Positions 45,888 through 56,538 of a DNA stretch of 57,337 nt are shown here, one piece after another. The stretch lies in IMG/VR virus record IMGVR_UViG_3300021371_000016, positions 1 through 57,337 of that record; one strand, 5' to 3'. Position 1 is the first letter of the stretch. Each line of letters starts with the position of its first letter. The notes under the pieces are model-generated. The model was not told the DNA's origin. It did not search any database and worked only from the letters and a program-made list of their open reading frames with translations. The stretch is from a virus. Its lineage: Duplodnaviria; Caudoviricetes. The position numbers and the translations under genes are program-made.

Positions 45888-48647
45888 ATGAAGGTATTTA
45901 ATGCATTACAACTAAAAAATGGAGCTAAAGGAGAGGGCTATCCAACTTCATCTAGTCTTACTCAACCCATACAATTTCTACCTGCGAAAAAGAAAAATGA
46001 TGACTGGTATGCTTGGAATATTGATTGGCTTGAGTTACAAGGTATTGAATTCTTAAGGCACAATGCTAGAAAATTACTAAAGAATTATAAACTAGCAAAA
46101 GGTATTATTGATAAAACAGACTACATTATTGAAGAAGATAATGATTATAAGGATCTAATGGATGTATTAACTAAAGAAGATAATTCGGCATTAGAACTAA
46201 AGTTTTACCCAATAATTCCTAATGTAGTTAATGTATTAACAGGAGAGTTTTCAAAAAGATATTCCAAAGTTCAATATAGAGCAGTAGACAACACATCTTA
46301 TAATGAGATGCTTGAGCAGAAAAGGGCTATGGTTGAAGAAAATCTTCTTGCTGATGCTGAGGCTAAGCTATTAGCTAAAATGATTGAAATGGGTATGGAT
46401 CCTCAATCAGAAGAAGCGCAGCAACAAATGTCTCCTGAAAATCTTAAAACTCTTCCTGAGATAGAAGACTTCTTTTCTATGGATTATAGAAGTATGATTG
46501 AAGAGTGGGCAACCCACCAGGGAAATGTTGATGAAGAAAGATTCAAAATGCAAGAGCTTGAAGAAAGAGCTTTTCGTGATTCACTTGTTTGTGATAGAGA
46601 ATTCTGGCATTTTAAAATGATGGAAGATGATTATGATATTGAGGTTTGGAATCCAGTACTTACATTTTATCAGAAGTCTCCAGATGTAAGATATATTTCA
46701 GATGCAAACTATGGCGGAAAAATTGATCTTATGACTGTTTCAGATGTTATTGATAAATATGGTTATTTAATGACTGAAAAGCAACTTCATTCACTTCAGG
46801 AAATTTATCCTGCAAGATCTGCGTTATATCAGGTAAATGGTATGCAGAATGATGGATCTTACTATGATCCTTCTAGATCTCATGAATGGAATACTCAAAT
46901 GCCAGGTTTAGCATACAGACAGTATGTGAGTAACTGGTCAGATGATCCGGCTAAAGGCGGAGATATCATAAGTCAAATATTAAATGAAGGTGATGATGTT
47001 TCGATATGGGGTGAAGCTGAATTAATGAGAGTTACCACAACATATTGGAAGACACAGCGTAAACTTGGACACCTGACTAGAATTAAAAAAGATGGTGAAA
47101 TAATTCAAGAAATTATAGATGAAAACTATAAGGTTACTGAAAACCCTATTTATGATACTACAATCTTTAAACAAAAAAGTAAAGAAAATCTATTAGAGGG
47201 TGAGCATATAGATTGGATTTGGATTAACGAGGTATGTGGTGGTGTAAAAATTGGACCTAATTTACCAGCATTTTGGAGATCTAATATGGGAGACAATATT
47301 AATCCTATATATCTTGGAATAAATAGACCTAAGCCTGGAAGAATACCATTTCAATTTAAAGGTGACAATAATTTATATGGATGCAAATTGCCTATGGAAG
47401 GTAGGGTATTTTCAGATAGAAATACAAAATCTACATCATTAGTAGATTTAATGAAAGCATATCAAGTTGGCTATAACATGGTAAATAACCAGATAGCTGA
47501 TATACTTGTAGATGAGCTAGGTACTGTAATTATGTTTGATCAAAATGCACTGCCTAGACATTCAATGGGAGAAGATTGGGGTAAACATAATTATGCAAAA
47601 GCATATACGGCAATGAAGGATTTTAGCATGCTTCCTTTAGATACTTCTATTACAAATACTGAGAATGCTACTAATTTTAATCATTATCAAACTCTTAATC
47701 TAGAACAGACAAATAGATTAATGTCTAGAATACAATTAGCAAATTACTTTAAGCAACAAGCATTTGATGCTATTGGTGTAAATCCTCAAAGAATGGGTTC
47801 ACCTATGGGCAATGAAACAGCAACAGGGGTTGTTAATGCAATGAATCAGTCATATGCTCAAACAGAGATATATTTTAATCAGCATTCTGATCAGTTAATG
47901 CCAAGAGTTCATCAAATGAGAACTGACTTAGCTCAATTCTATCATAGTACTAATCCTAGTGTTAGACTTAGTTATATTACAACAGAATCTGAAAAGGTGA
48001 ATTTTGTAATAAATGGTACAGATTTATTACTTAGAGAATTTAATGTATTTGCAACAACCAAAACAAATCATAGGCAAATATTAGAACAACTGAAGCAAAT
48101 GGCTATTCAAAATAATACTACTGGTGCTAGTATTTATGATTTAGGTAACATACTTAAAGCAGAATCAATAGCTGAAGTTTCAGATATACTTAAGGATACT
48201 GAAGCAAAGTCACAACAGCAAAGACAGCAAGAAATGCAACAACAGCAGCAAATGCAAGAGCAACAGATTCAAGCTCAACAACAACAAGAACAAATGAGAT
48301 TGCAGGCTCAGGCTGAAGAAGCAGAAAAGAATAGACAAAAAGATATCACCGTTGCAGAAATAAGATCTGCTGGATACGGGGCTGGTCAAGATATTAATCA
48401 AAATGAAGTATCTGATTTTAAAGATGCTATGGATGATATAAAAGAAACTAGCAGATATAGAGAGCAAATGGATATGAAAAGAGAAGAGAACGTGATGAAG
48501 CAGGAAACAGGTAGACAGAAATTAAATTTAGATAGAGATAAACTAGCTACACAGAGACAAGTTGCTCAAACTAATTTGGAAATAGCAAGGGAGAATAAAA
48601 ATAAATATGACGTTGAATCCAAAAAAGAAAAAAAGAAAAATAAATAA
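45888..48647 (+). CDS. Portal protein
   Basis: 919 aa directly after terL; FYPIIPNVVNVL.GE, G..PQRMG, ETATGV, Gln-rich C-terminal coiled coil. Confidence 0.88.
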   Translation: MKVFNALQLKNGAKGEGYPTSSSLTQPIQFLPAKKKNDDWYAWNIDWLELQGIEFLRHNARKLLKNYKLAKGIIDKTDYIIEEDNDYKDLMDVLTKEDNSALELKFYPIIPNVVNVLTGEFSKRYSKVQYRAVDNTSYNEMLEQKRAMVEENLLADAEAKLLAKMIEMGMDPQSEEAQQQMSPENLKTLPEIEDFFSMDYRSMIEEWATHQGNVDEERFKMQELEERAFRDSLVCDREFWHFKMMEDDYDIEVWNPVLTFYQKSPDVRYISDANYGGKIDLMTVSDVIDKYGYLMTEKQLHSLQEIYPARSALYQVNGMQNDGSYYDPSRSHEWNTQMPGLAYRQYVSNWSDDPAKGGDIISQILNEGDDVSIWGEAELMRVTTTYWKTQRKLGHLTRIKKDGEIIQEIIDENYKVTENPIYDTTIFKQKSKENLLEGEHIDWIWINEVCGGVKIGPNLPAFWRSNMGDNINPIYLGINRPKPGRIPFQFKGDNNLYGCKLPMEGRVFSDRNTKSTSLVDLMKAYQVGYNMVNNQIADILVDELGTVIMFDQNALPRHSMGEDWGKHNYAKAYTAMKDFSMLPLDTSITNTENATNFNHYQTLNLEQTNRLMSRIQLANYFKQQAFDAIGVNPQRMGSPMGNETATGVVNAMNQSYAQTEIYFNQHSDQLMPRVHQMRTDLAQFYHSTNPSVRLSYITTESEKVNFVINGTDLLLREFNVFATTKTNHRQILEQLKQMAIQNNTTGASIYDLGNILKAESIAEVSDILKDTEAKSQQQRQQEMQQQQQMQEQQIQAQQQQEQMRLQAQAEEAEKNRQKDITVAEIRSAGYGAGQDINQNEVSDFKDAMDDIKETSRYREQMDMKREENVMKQETGRQKLNLDRDKLATQRQVAQTNLEIARENKNKYDVESKKEKKKNK

Positions 48648-48649
48648 TA

Positions 48650-49471
48650 ATGCAGATATTACAAGAAATACTAGGTTTAGTACAGAGACGTTTATTTTTA
48701 AAGAAAACGGCTATAAAAGAGGATGATGTTATCTACATAGCAAAAGATATAAGTAAAAATAATGTTCCAGATCTTGAGTCAAAAGCAGTTAGAATAAAAG
48801 AACTTTCTGAATATATTGGTTCTAATGGTGGACAGGTAGGTCCGCAAGGTCCCGTTGGACCTCCAGGAGCAGATGGTGCTCCAGGAGCAACAGGTCCAAC
48901 AGGCCCTATAGGACCAGCAGGTCCAGTAGGTGCAGCAAGTTTAAACTTTGTTGGCACATTTGATAATACAATAGGTTACTCAGAAGGAGATGTTGTATTT
49001 TTTGATGGTTCTAGTTATGTAGCAAAATTTGCTATACCAATTCCTACACCTCCAGCAGTTTTACCAGATCCTCCTAATACAGATTGGGATTTTTTATCAG
49101 TAGAAGGAGATGTTGGCCCACAAGGTCCTATTGGTCCAATTGGTCCAGCAGGAGCTAGTTTATGGACAAATACCGTATCTCAAAATATACCGTCAACTTC
49201 AACAATCTTAGACTTATCTGCAGGTAATACATTTATTATAACAATAGATGGCCCTGCTACAATATCAATGATCAACTTAGGTGTAGGTGATTATATCTTT
49301 ATTATAGATAATACAGCTCAAGAAATTGTAACATTACAAGCTGGTAGCAACATGTACACTAACAATTCATTGCAACCTGTAATAAACAATATAACATTAA
49401 TGAAAGGTACTTCAGATGGTACTAAAATTTATATTACTTCATTGGAGAATATGGAAAATGTTACAGTATGA
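48650..49471 (+). CDS. Collagen-like fibre protein
   Basis: Two (Gly-X-Y)n blocks flanking a Y..GDVV.F.GSSY carbohydrate-binding-like module. Confidence 0.8.
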   Translation: MQILQEILGLVQRRLFLKKTAIKEDDVIYIAKDISKNNVPDLESKAVRIKELSEYIGSNGGQVGPQGPVGPPGADGAPGATGPTGPIGPAGPVGAASLNFVGTFDNTIGYSEGDVVFFDGSSYVAKFAIPIPTPPAVLPDPPNTDWDFLSVEGDVGPQGPIGPIGPAGASLWTNTVSQNIPSTSTILDLSAGNTFIITIDGPATISMINLGVGDYIFIIDNTAQEIVTLQAGSNMYTNNSLQPVINNITLMKGTSDGTKIYITSLENMENVTV

Positions 49472-50937
49472 TTCCTGTTAGAAGAAATATAGATACAGAT
49501 AAGTTAGTTTTCTGGATAGATCCTGATGCTCCTATAACTAGATCTCCTGGATTAAATGCATATTCTACTGCACAGGGTGGTAAAAATTTACTTGCAGGAA
49601 CAAGAACTTTTTCAAATGTTTGTCCTCCAGTAACTGATTTTTCATATGGCCCTAGTTCACAAACACCTACTAATTTAACTTTAGCAGCTTCGGGTACTCC
49701 TGCACCTGATGGTAGTGGAAATCCAACAACTCTTATAACAGAATCTTTAGATACTTTTGATAGAACTCATAAGATGAGATTTGACTTTCCAATAACACCA
49801 ATTATTGAAGGGGGTCCATATGAAATGTATACTCATTCTATACATGTAAAAGTTTCTTCTGGATCTAGAACTTTATTAATTAATAATGCTAATAATCCAA
49901 GTAGTGGTTCTATAACGGTTGACCCCGCTACGGGAACAATTATTGCTAGTGATGCTGATAATTATGATCAAGGTGTAGAATCATTAGGTGGTGGTTGGTA
50001 TAGGTTTTGGTATACTATTATTTTTGATGAGAGTACTCAAACTACTGAAGTAAGAACTGAGCTGGGTATTTTTATGGCTGATGTAACAGGAGATACAACA
50101 TATCAAGGTGATGGAACTTCAGGTTTAATTATATACGGCCATCAGTGGGAAAGAGGAGTTCTATCAAATTATGTTGAAACCGCTGAAGGAGTTGATTTTG
50201 ATGTTTATAAAAACAGAAAATGCAGTGATGCTAACTATAATGAAAATCCTCAATATTATACAAATACTAATGATGGTGTAAATCTTAGATTTAATGGCAT
50301 TGATTCTGGATTAACAAGCGGATTTGTTACACCAATTAGAAGACCACCTAGACCAGGTGTTCATCCAGATGGTGATGAGCCTAAATTTTCTCTTCTATCT
50401 CATAGTCTTTTTGCTTGGATAAATTTAGATACAGATGTTGATCCTGATCAAGGAAACGGTAATTGGGGATTATGTGCAACTGCTATAGGAAATGTTGGTG
50501 GAAGAAACAATAATGGAGTATTTGGTATAACACCAGACGGTACTCAAATTATATATAAAACTAGACTTCAGAGAATTTCTGGGGGAAGTGGAGTTTCAGC
50601 CACAAATAGATCTAGCAATTTTTCAAGTGTCGGTAATAAATGGGCTTTGATATCTTGTTCTTTTAATATGGCTTATAATACAGCTCCAGCTACTGTAGAT
50701 TTTTATTTAAATGGTCAATTTGTAAGTACTGCAAACGCTAATCCTAGTGGTCAAGATTTAATTGGAATAGGAGGAAGTGATGGATCTCTTAGTATTGGAT
50801 ACTTTAATACTCAAGGTTTGGGTCCAGCTGGACAATTTAGAGGATTGTTAAACATTTGCGGTATTTATCACAAGGCTTTAAATGCAGCAGGACACGAATC
50901 ATTATATAATGCTACTAAATATAAATTTCATAATTAG
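49468..50937 (+). CDS. Head-spike/fibre protein with LamG-like C-terminal domain
   Basis: APDG, LGGGWYR, GDGTSGL.I.G.Q.E; W......FYLNG...IG...F.G......Y.KAL. Confidence 0.7.
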   Translation: MIPVRRNIDTDKLVFWIDPDAPITRSPGLNAYSTAQGGKNLLAGTRTFSNVCPPVTDFSYGPSSQTPTNLTLAASGTPAPDGSGNPTTLITESLDTFDRTHKMRFDFPITPIIEGGPYEMYTHSIHVKVSSGSRTLLINNANNPSSGSITVDPATGTIIASDADNYDQGVESLGGGWYRFWYTIIFDESTQTTEVRTELGIFMADVTGDTTYQGDGTSGLIIYGHQWERGVLSNYVETAEGVDFDVYKNRKCSDANYNENPQYYTNTNDGVNLRFNGIDSGLTSGFVTPIRRPPRPGVHPDGDEPKFSLLSHSLFAWINLDTDVDPDQGNGNWGLCATAIGNVGGRNNNGVFGITPDGTQIIYKTRLQRISGGSGVSATNRSSNFSSVGNKWALISCSFNMAYNTAPATVDFYLNGQFVSTANANPSGQDLIGIGGSDGSLSIGYFNTQGLGPAGQFRGLLNICGIYHKALNAAGHESLYNATKYKFHN

Positions 50938-51024
50938 CAAATAAAAATTATTGCGTTAGCTATATAACTGATAAAAACTTTTTATAAACCTCAAATAATT
51001 TAAGTTTATCTAAAAAGAATATCT

Positions 51025-51037
51025 TATATTATATATG
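51025..51037 (+). promoter_or_regulatory. Candidate late promoter motif TATATTATATATG
   Basis: Identical 13-mer at 57271-57283, variant at 36351; all upstream of + strand late genes. Confidence 0.45.
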
Positions 51038-51068
51038 ATAGTATACTATTAACACTAAAACCAACAAA

Positions 51069-52358
51069 ATGAGTGAAGAAAATAAAACAGTGGAAACTAA
51101 AGTAACAACAGAAAATATCAATATAGAGGATGTATTTCCAATGGGTCCTGATGCGGATAGTGTAACTCTTCCTGAAGAGGCTAAACCTAACATCATGGAT
51201 CCTATTAATCCTAAACCTGATATGAGCTTTACTGAACCAGTTGAAAAAGAAGACTGGATGGATGAAGAGGATGTTGTTGCACCAGAAGAAGTTACCAAAA
51301 AAACTGAAGAAGGAGTTAAAGCAGAAGGTGCTGAAATCCTTTCTGATATAGCCGATGATACAGATGATGATTCTGAAGGAGTTGACGAAGACAGAGTAGA
51401 AACTAGAGGTAGAAAGCCTATAAACGGAGTTCAAGATGTTTTTGATAAACTTATAAAAGATGAAAAGTTTTTTGCATTTGAAGATGATAAACCAATATCA
51501 GAATACTCACCAAAAGATCTTCAAGATCTAATTGAGGCTAATCTAGAAGAAAGAGCAAATCAAGTTAGGAGAGAAACACCTAAGCAATTTTTTGAGGCTT
51601 TGCCAAATGAATTAAAAGTTGCTGCACAGTATGTAGCAGATGGTGGGACTGATTTAAAAAGTTTATTTAAAACTTTAGCTCAAGCTGAAGAAACTTTTGA
51701 CTTAGATTCTTCAACTGAATCTGGGCAAGAAAATATTATAATGCAATATTTATCTACTACTGGATATGGAACCCAAGAAGAGATAAATGAAGAAATTGAA
51801 ATTTGGAAAGACTTAGGTAAACTTGAACAACAAGCTATGAAGTTTAAGCCAAAACTAGATAAGATGCAAGAAAAAGTTGTTGCTCAAAAATTGCAAGAAC
51901 AGCAATTAAAACAAAAGCAGCAAGAACAAGCATCAAAACAATATATGCATAATGTTTATGAAACATTAAAAGAAGGTAAAGTAAATGATTTAAAGATTGA
52001 TAAAAGAACTCAATCTTTATTATATAACGGTCTAGTCCAGCCAGCATATCCTTCTGTAAATGGAAAAAATACAAACTTATTAGGTCACTTGTTAGAGAAA
52101 TACCAATTCCAGGAGCCAAACTATGGTTTAATTACAGAGGCTCTTTGGTTATTAGCTGATCCAGATGGATATAAGTCTAAGATCATGGAAAAGGGAGCTC
52201 AAAAAAGTGTAGAAAAAACTGTTAGAAAACTTAAAACAGAACAAGCTAATAGAAATGCTAATTCAATGGGAGTTCAGCAAACAGCCGAAGACTCTAAGAA
52301 AACAAAACCAAATAGAAAGAAAATTAGCAGACCTAATAACTTTTTTAAACGGATGTAA
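51069..52358 (+). CDS. Capsid scaffolding-like protein
   Basis: Acidic disordered N-terminus, coiled coil, directly upstream of the major capsid gene. Confidence 0.7.
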   Translation: MSEENKTVETKVTTENINIEDVFPMGPDADSVTLPEEAKPNIMDPINPKPDMSFTEPVEKEDWMDEEDVVAPEEVTKKTEEGVKAEGAEILSDIADDTDDDSEGVDEDRVETRGRKPINGVQDVFDKLIKDEKFFAFEDDKPISEYSPKDLQDLIEANLEERANQVRRETPKQFFEALPNELKVAAQYVADGGTDLKSLFKTLAQAEETFDLDSSTESGQENIIMQYLSTTGYGTQEEINEEIEIWKDLGKLEQQAMKFKPKLDKMQEKVVAQKLQEQQLKQKQQEQASKQYMHNVYETLKEGKVNDLKIDKRTQSLLYNGLVQPAYPSVNGKNTNLLGHLLEKYQFQEPNYGLITEALWLLADPDGYKSKIMEKGAQKSVEKTVRKLKTEQANRNANSMGVQQTAEDSKKTKPNRKKISRPNNFFKRM

Positions 52359-52403
52359 CAATCAAATATATAATTAATAACAAATAACAAAAAACAATCA
52401 ATT

Positions 52404-54023
52404 ATGGCAACTCCAGTATTAAACAATGGAATTTTCCTTAGAGACACAAGCTACAAGGCTAGCTCTCATATTGATTCTTATCACTTATCTAATATGCTTG
52501 GTTCTTCTGAGCCTATGGATATGGGACCTGTTGATCTTTGGGCTATGACCCAAAAGGTAGAAATGCCTTTATATCAAATGGCTTCCTTTGGTGGAAAGAA
52601 TACAATTATGGTAGACAATGCGCGTGGTGAGTACAAATGGCAAACACCAATTGCCCAAGATTTACCTTTTATCGTTCAAAACATTGAAGCAGATACCGAG
52701 CTTGGTGCAGATGGTACAACTTTTAGAATTAAACTTTCTAAAAGATCTTTTGGACATGGTGACATTATTACTTATGATAAGTATAATGGACTTGAAATGT
52801 ACATTACAGCAGAAGATATTATACCTGCAGGTGATGGTTTTATTTACACTGTTCAATTAGTAAACAATAACAATGCAGCATCGTTAAATGCTGATCTTTA
52901 CTTAGAAGCTGGAACTAAATACTTTAGAAAAGGTTCTGCTAGAGGTGAGTATGGTGAAAGATTCTCTGATATGGAGATGGGTTCTGGTTTCCGTGAATTC
53001 TACAACTTTGTAGGAGGAGCAGAAGCACATGTTCACTATTCTATTTCTTCTAGAGCTGATCTTATGATCAAAGGAGGAATGAATGCAGATGGTACAGTTC
53101 CTGTAACTGAGATCTGGAGAAACTTTAACCAAGATCCTAATAATCCTTCTGTTTCTTCTATTGAAGAATTAGTAAGCAGCATGGGTAAAGCAGGTGCTAG
53201 AGATGCATTTGAAAGTGGTCAACTATCTAGAACTTTCGTAACTAATATGGAAGCAGCGCATCTTTCTAAGATTGCAAATGATATTGAAACTTACCTTATG
53301 TGGGGTAAAGGTGGTAGAATCAGACAAGACGGTCCAGATGATATTAGATTATCAGTTGGTCTTTGGTCACAGTTGGATAACTCATTTAAGAGAGTATACA
53401 ATAAGTCTGCATTTACACTTGACATGTTTAAATCTGAACTTTACAACTTCTATCAAGGAAAAGTTGAGTTCAAAGGGCCAGACCCACAGCGTCAGCTTAT
53501 TGTACAAACAGGTATTGGAGGAATGCAATTAATCAACAAAGCTATTGCTGATGAAGTATATGGTTCTGGATTAGTTCAAAATGCTTCTGATATTGGTGCA
53601 GTAACTGGATCAGGAATGGACTTAGACTTTGGTTTTGCTTACACAAGCTTTACTATTCCTTTCCTTGCTAATGTTAAGTTTGTACTTAACCCAGCATTTG
53701 ATAACTTACACACTAATGATATTGAGAACCCATTAATTGATGGTCGTCCTCTTAGCTCATTTAGCTTTATCATTTTTGATGTAACAGACAATGGAAATGA
53801 CAACATTCACTTGTTGAAATTATCATGGGATAATCAACTTAAGTGGTTCTACCAAAATGGTACAATGGACTACATGGGACGAACTCAAGGGTTTGCTTCT
53901 ACTGGACAGTTCAATGGATATAGAGTTTATATGACTCAATGTATGCCAGCTATTTGGGTTAAAGATCCAACTAAAGTGTTAAAGATTGTAATGAGAAACC
54001 CAGTAACGGGAGGTTCATTCTAA
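52404..54023 (+). CDS. Major capsid protein (crAss-like)
   Basis: 539 aa, position after portal and scaffold, biased codons, strong terminator after; C-terminal IWVKDPTK. Confidence 0.88.
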   Translation: MATPVLNNGIFLRDTSYKASSHIDSYHLSNMLGSSEPMDMGPVDLWAMTQKVEMPLYQMASFGGKNTIMVDNARGEYKWQTPIAQDLPFIVQNIEADTELGADGTTFRIKLSKRSFGHGDIITYDKYNGLEMYITAEDIIPAGDGFIYTVQLVNNNNAASLNADLYLEAGTKYFRKGSARGEYGERFSDMEMGSGFREFYNFVGGAEAHVHYSISSRADLMIKGGMNADGTVPVTEIWRNFNQDPNNPSVSSIEELVSSMGKAGARDAFESGQLSRTFVTNMEAAHLSKIANDIETYLMWGKGGRIRQDGPDDIRLSVGLWSQLDNSFKRVYNKSAFTLDMFKSELYNFYQGKVEFKGPDPQRQLIVQTGIGGMQLINKAIADEVYGSGLVQNASDIGAVTGSGMDLDFGFAYTSFTIPFLANVKFVLNPAFDNLHTNDIENPLIDGRPLSSFSFIIFDVTDNGNDNIHLLKLSWDNQLKWFYQNGTMDYMGRTQGFASTGQFNGYRVYMTQCMPAIWVKDPTKVLKIVMRNPVTGGSF

Positions 54024-54037
54024 GAATGGCAATTATT

Positions 54038-54063
54038 AAGGGGAGTTCATTCTCCCCTTTTTT
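54038..54063 (+). terminator. Intrinsic terminator after the major capsid gene
   Basis: AAGGGGAG-TTCATT-CTCCCCTT followed by a U-run. Confidence 0.85.
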
Positions 54064-54088
54064 GTTTAATATTTAAAACTTTAAAAAA

Positions 54089-54733
54089 ATGGCATCATTT
54101 ATAGAAAGAATAAGAGCCCTCTTCCCGGATAAATATATCCAAAAAGATATACGAGCTGGAAAGAAAGGAGATAGCACAATTCAATTGGCTAAGCTATCTC
54201 ATGTTAACGCTTTAGGAAAAGCTGCAGAAAAAGGATTACAATTAGTTTCTGATAGATTTGAATCATCTTCAGCAGGGCTTCCATCTAGTGTTTTGCAAAA
54301 AACAGCAACTAGAATTGAATTTAGTAATGGAACTGTACAGGAAGGTTGGAAATTAACTATTATAGGAGCACTTGAGGGAACCTCAAATGAACTTACTGAA
54401 TTAGTTAGTGTTAGTATTCCAAGTGCAGGAGGAAGCGCTGAAGGTTATTACTTACCTTGGGAATTAAAAGGAATAGTAACATGTACTGATAATAGTTTAA
54501 GCTCTCAAGTAATTAATGTATTGCAAAATGGAGCTGAACTTCAAGATAGTCTTACTAATAATGGACAACCAACTGATTCAATAGCAATACTCGAAAGTTC
54601 ATCAGGTTCTACTGTAGACTTTACTTTATCGGTAGTTGCAAATCCAAGTGGACCTGGGGCACTTGCTACAGGAACAGTAATAGCAAATTTTGAATTCCTT
54701 TGTTATGAAGGAGTAGTACCAACAATTATTTAA
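54089..54733 (+). CDS. Capsid decoration / auxiliary protein
   Basis: Follows the major capsid gene; beta-rich C-terminal domain. Confidence 0.55.
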   Translation: MASFIERIRALFPDKYIQKDIRAGKKGDSTIQLAKLSHVNALGKAAEKGLQLVSDRFESSSAGLPSSVLQKTATRIEFSNGTVQEGWKLTIIGALEGTSNELTELVSVSIPSAGGSAEGYYLPWELKGIVTCTDNSLSSQVINVLQNGAELQDSLTNNGQPTDSIAILESSSGSTVDFTLSVVANPSGPGALATGTVIANFEFLCYEGVVPTII

Positions 54734-54744
54734 AAATAGAAATC

Positions 54745-55401
54745 ATGGCAGAAGTATATGCAAAAGAAGCAGCCCTCAGAGATGATAGAGTCCAAGAAAT
54801 GTCTTTTAATAAAACAGCTGGAGTAACGTTTGATAAAGCAGCTTATGTAGAGTCACCTTATAAAGCTCCGCAAGAAGCTGGTGTTACAATAGCTGGTCAA
54901 AGAGTTGACTTAGAGTTAGCAAGAGATCTTAAATATGTAGCGGATGTTACAGCACAAAGTTCCTTAGCTAACTTAAAAGAGTTTGATTGCACTGACTATA
55001 AAGTTAGAGAAGAAGAAGCAAAGTCTGTAAAAGAAGATGTATCTAAATCAGACGATATAAGAGCGGCAGCTGAAATTAATGAAGATGTAGCAAAGAAAAG
55101 ATGTGAAGATAAAAAAGAAGATAAGGAAATTAAAACACCTAAATTTTTCTCCAATTATGTAGAATTATTTGTATTTTCTTTTAGTATCAGATTTTTTAAG
55201 GTTGACGAGACAGCAGATAAAAAAGTTCAAGCAGAGTTAGATAGAAGAATAATTAAAGAAAAAGGGCTTAAAACAGCTCTTCAAACTAAATTCTCTAAAA
55301 TTTTCTCATATGGAGATACTCTTTTAAAGGCTAGAGCGGGGGCACTTAAAGAAATGGCAGCACCTGTTCAAAACACAGATAAGAAGTACGCAGATTTATA
55401 A
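54745..55401 (+). CDS. Hypothetical virion-module protein
   Basis: 218-aa ORF. Confidence 0.6.
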   Translation: MAEVYAKEAALRDDRVQEMSFNKTAGVTFDKAAYVESPYKAPQEAGVTIAGQRVDLELARDLKYVADVTAQSSLANLKEFDCTDYKVREEEAKSVKEDVSKSDDIRAAAEINEDVAKKRCEDKKEDKEIKTPKFFSNYVELFVFSFSIRFFKVDETADKKVQAELDRRIIKEKGLKTALQTKFSKIFSYGDTLLKARAGALKEMAAPVQNTDKKYADL

Positions 55402-55417
55402 TTGCTCAAATAACTAT

Positions 55418-55435
55418 TGCCGGTGAAAGCCGGCA
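55418..55435 (+). other. GNRA-capped GC hairpin
   Basis: TGCCGGT-GAAA-GCCGGCA; no clear U-run. Confidence 0.55.
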
Positions 55436-55512
55436 TTAGAAATATTAATTTATAACGTACATAATTATGTACATTTGAGTGATGATTAATAATTTATAAA
55501 AACCAAACAAAA

Positions 55513-56529
55513 ATGGAAAATTACACAATTGTAGAAAAGTATCAGCAACGGAAAAATCAAACTGTAGCTGTACGCCCTTATTTTAATCCTGATAAAGAAA
55601 ATATGGGATTAGAATCATATGGAATGTCACTCCATGATGGGGTATGGCATGAAGAGTCTTTAGCTTGTTTAGAAATGAATGGAGTTAAAAGATATGTTAC
55701 AGGACTTAATGAATTTGCACCAGAAGTTAAAATGCTACCTCCGGGGGAAAAGGAAATTAAAATTAAAGAAATTAGAAAAGCTGTTTCTCAACTTGAAGCA
55801 GAATTAGCAGCAAATGTTATAGATCCAGAAGATAAAGATTTTTGGAATAAATTAACTTTACTAAAACCAGATAATGATTCATTTTGGTCTAGAATAAGCA
55901 TGAGATGTGGTAATGAACCTGTATTTTTAGATCCTGTAAAAGATCCTTATGATTTAATAAAGTTGCATGCGATTAATGCAGGAGGATTTTCAATGATAGC
56001 AAAATCATTAAAAGACGCAAAGAAAAAAGCAAATCCTACTAAATTTTATTTAGATCAATTAGAAGAAACAGTATCAACTAGGACTGAGTATAAAAAGCTG
56101 AAGAATAGAGCACTATCTAAATTAGAAGATTTATATGATAAAAATAAATCAAAATTAATGTATGTGGCTAAAGTAGTTGATTCAGACAGTGTTCAATATA
56201 CCAAATCTACATCTATTGATATCATGTATGAAAATATGGATGGATTTATTTCAGGAGATGGAAGTGAGTCAAATAAAAAACGCGCTGCTGAAAGTTTCAT
56301 TGATGCTGCAAAAAGCAATATGAAAGATCTTAAAATTAGAGCTTTAGTAAAAGATGCTATGTTTTATAGATTTATTCTTGTAAAATCCACAGGATGGATT
56401 GAAACTTTAGATAGTGGGATAAGATTAGGAAAAGTCCCTAGCGAAGTTCTGACATTTCTAAAGAATCCTGAAAATGAAGAAGTTTTAAAATCACTGTTAG
56501 ATAAGGTTGAGCCTTATTGGCAAGCTTAA
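55513..56529 (+). CDS. Structural-module protein
   Basis: 338 aa between capsid and neck genes; AAAACCAAAC leader. Confidence 0.7.
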   Translation: MENYTIVEKYQQRKNQTVAVRPYFNPDKENMGLESYGMSLHDGVWHEESLACLEMNGVKRYVTGLNEFAPEVKMLPPGEKEIKIKEIRKAVSQLEAELAANVIDPEDKDFWNKLTLLKPDNDSFWSRISMRCGNEPVFLDPVKDPYDLIKLHAINAGGFSMIAKSLKDAKKKANPTKFYLDQLEETVSTRTEYKKLKNRALSKLEDLYDKNKSKLMYVAKVVDSDSVQYTKSTSIDIMYENMDGFISGDGSESNKKRAAESFIDAAKSNMKDLKIRALVKDAMFYRFILVKSTGWIETLDSGIRLGKVPSEVLTFLKNPENEEVLKSLLDKVEPYWQA

Positions 56530-56538
56530 ATATAAATC

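Noticed and set aside
48220-48300. CAA/CAG repeat tract as a contingency locus
   Set aside because: Imperfect codon mix encoding the Gln-rich portal coiled coil
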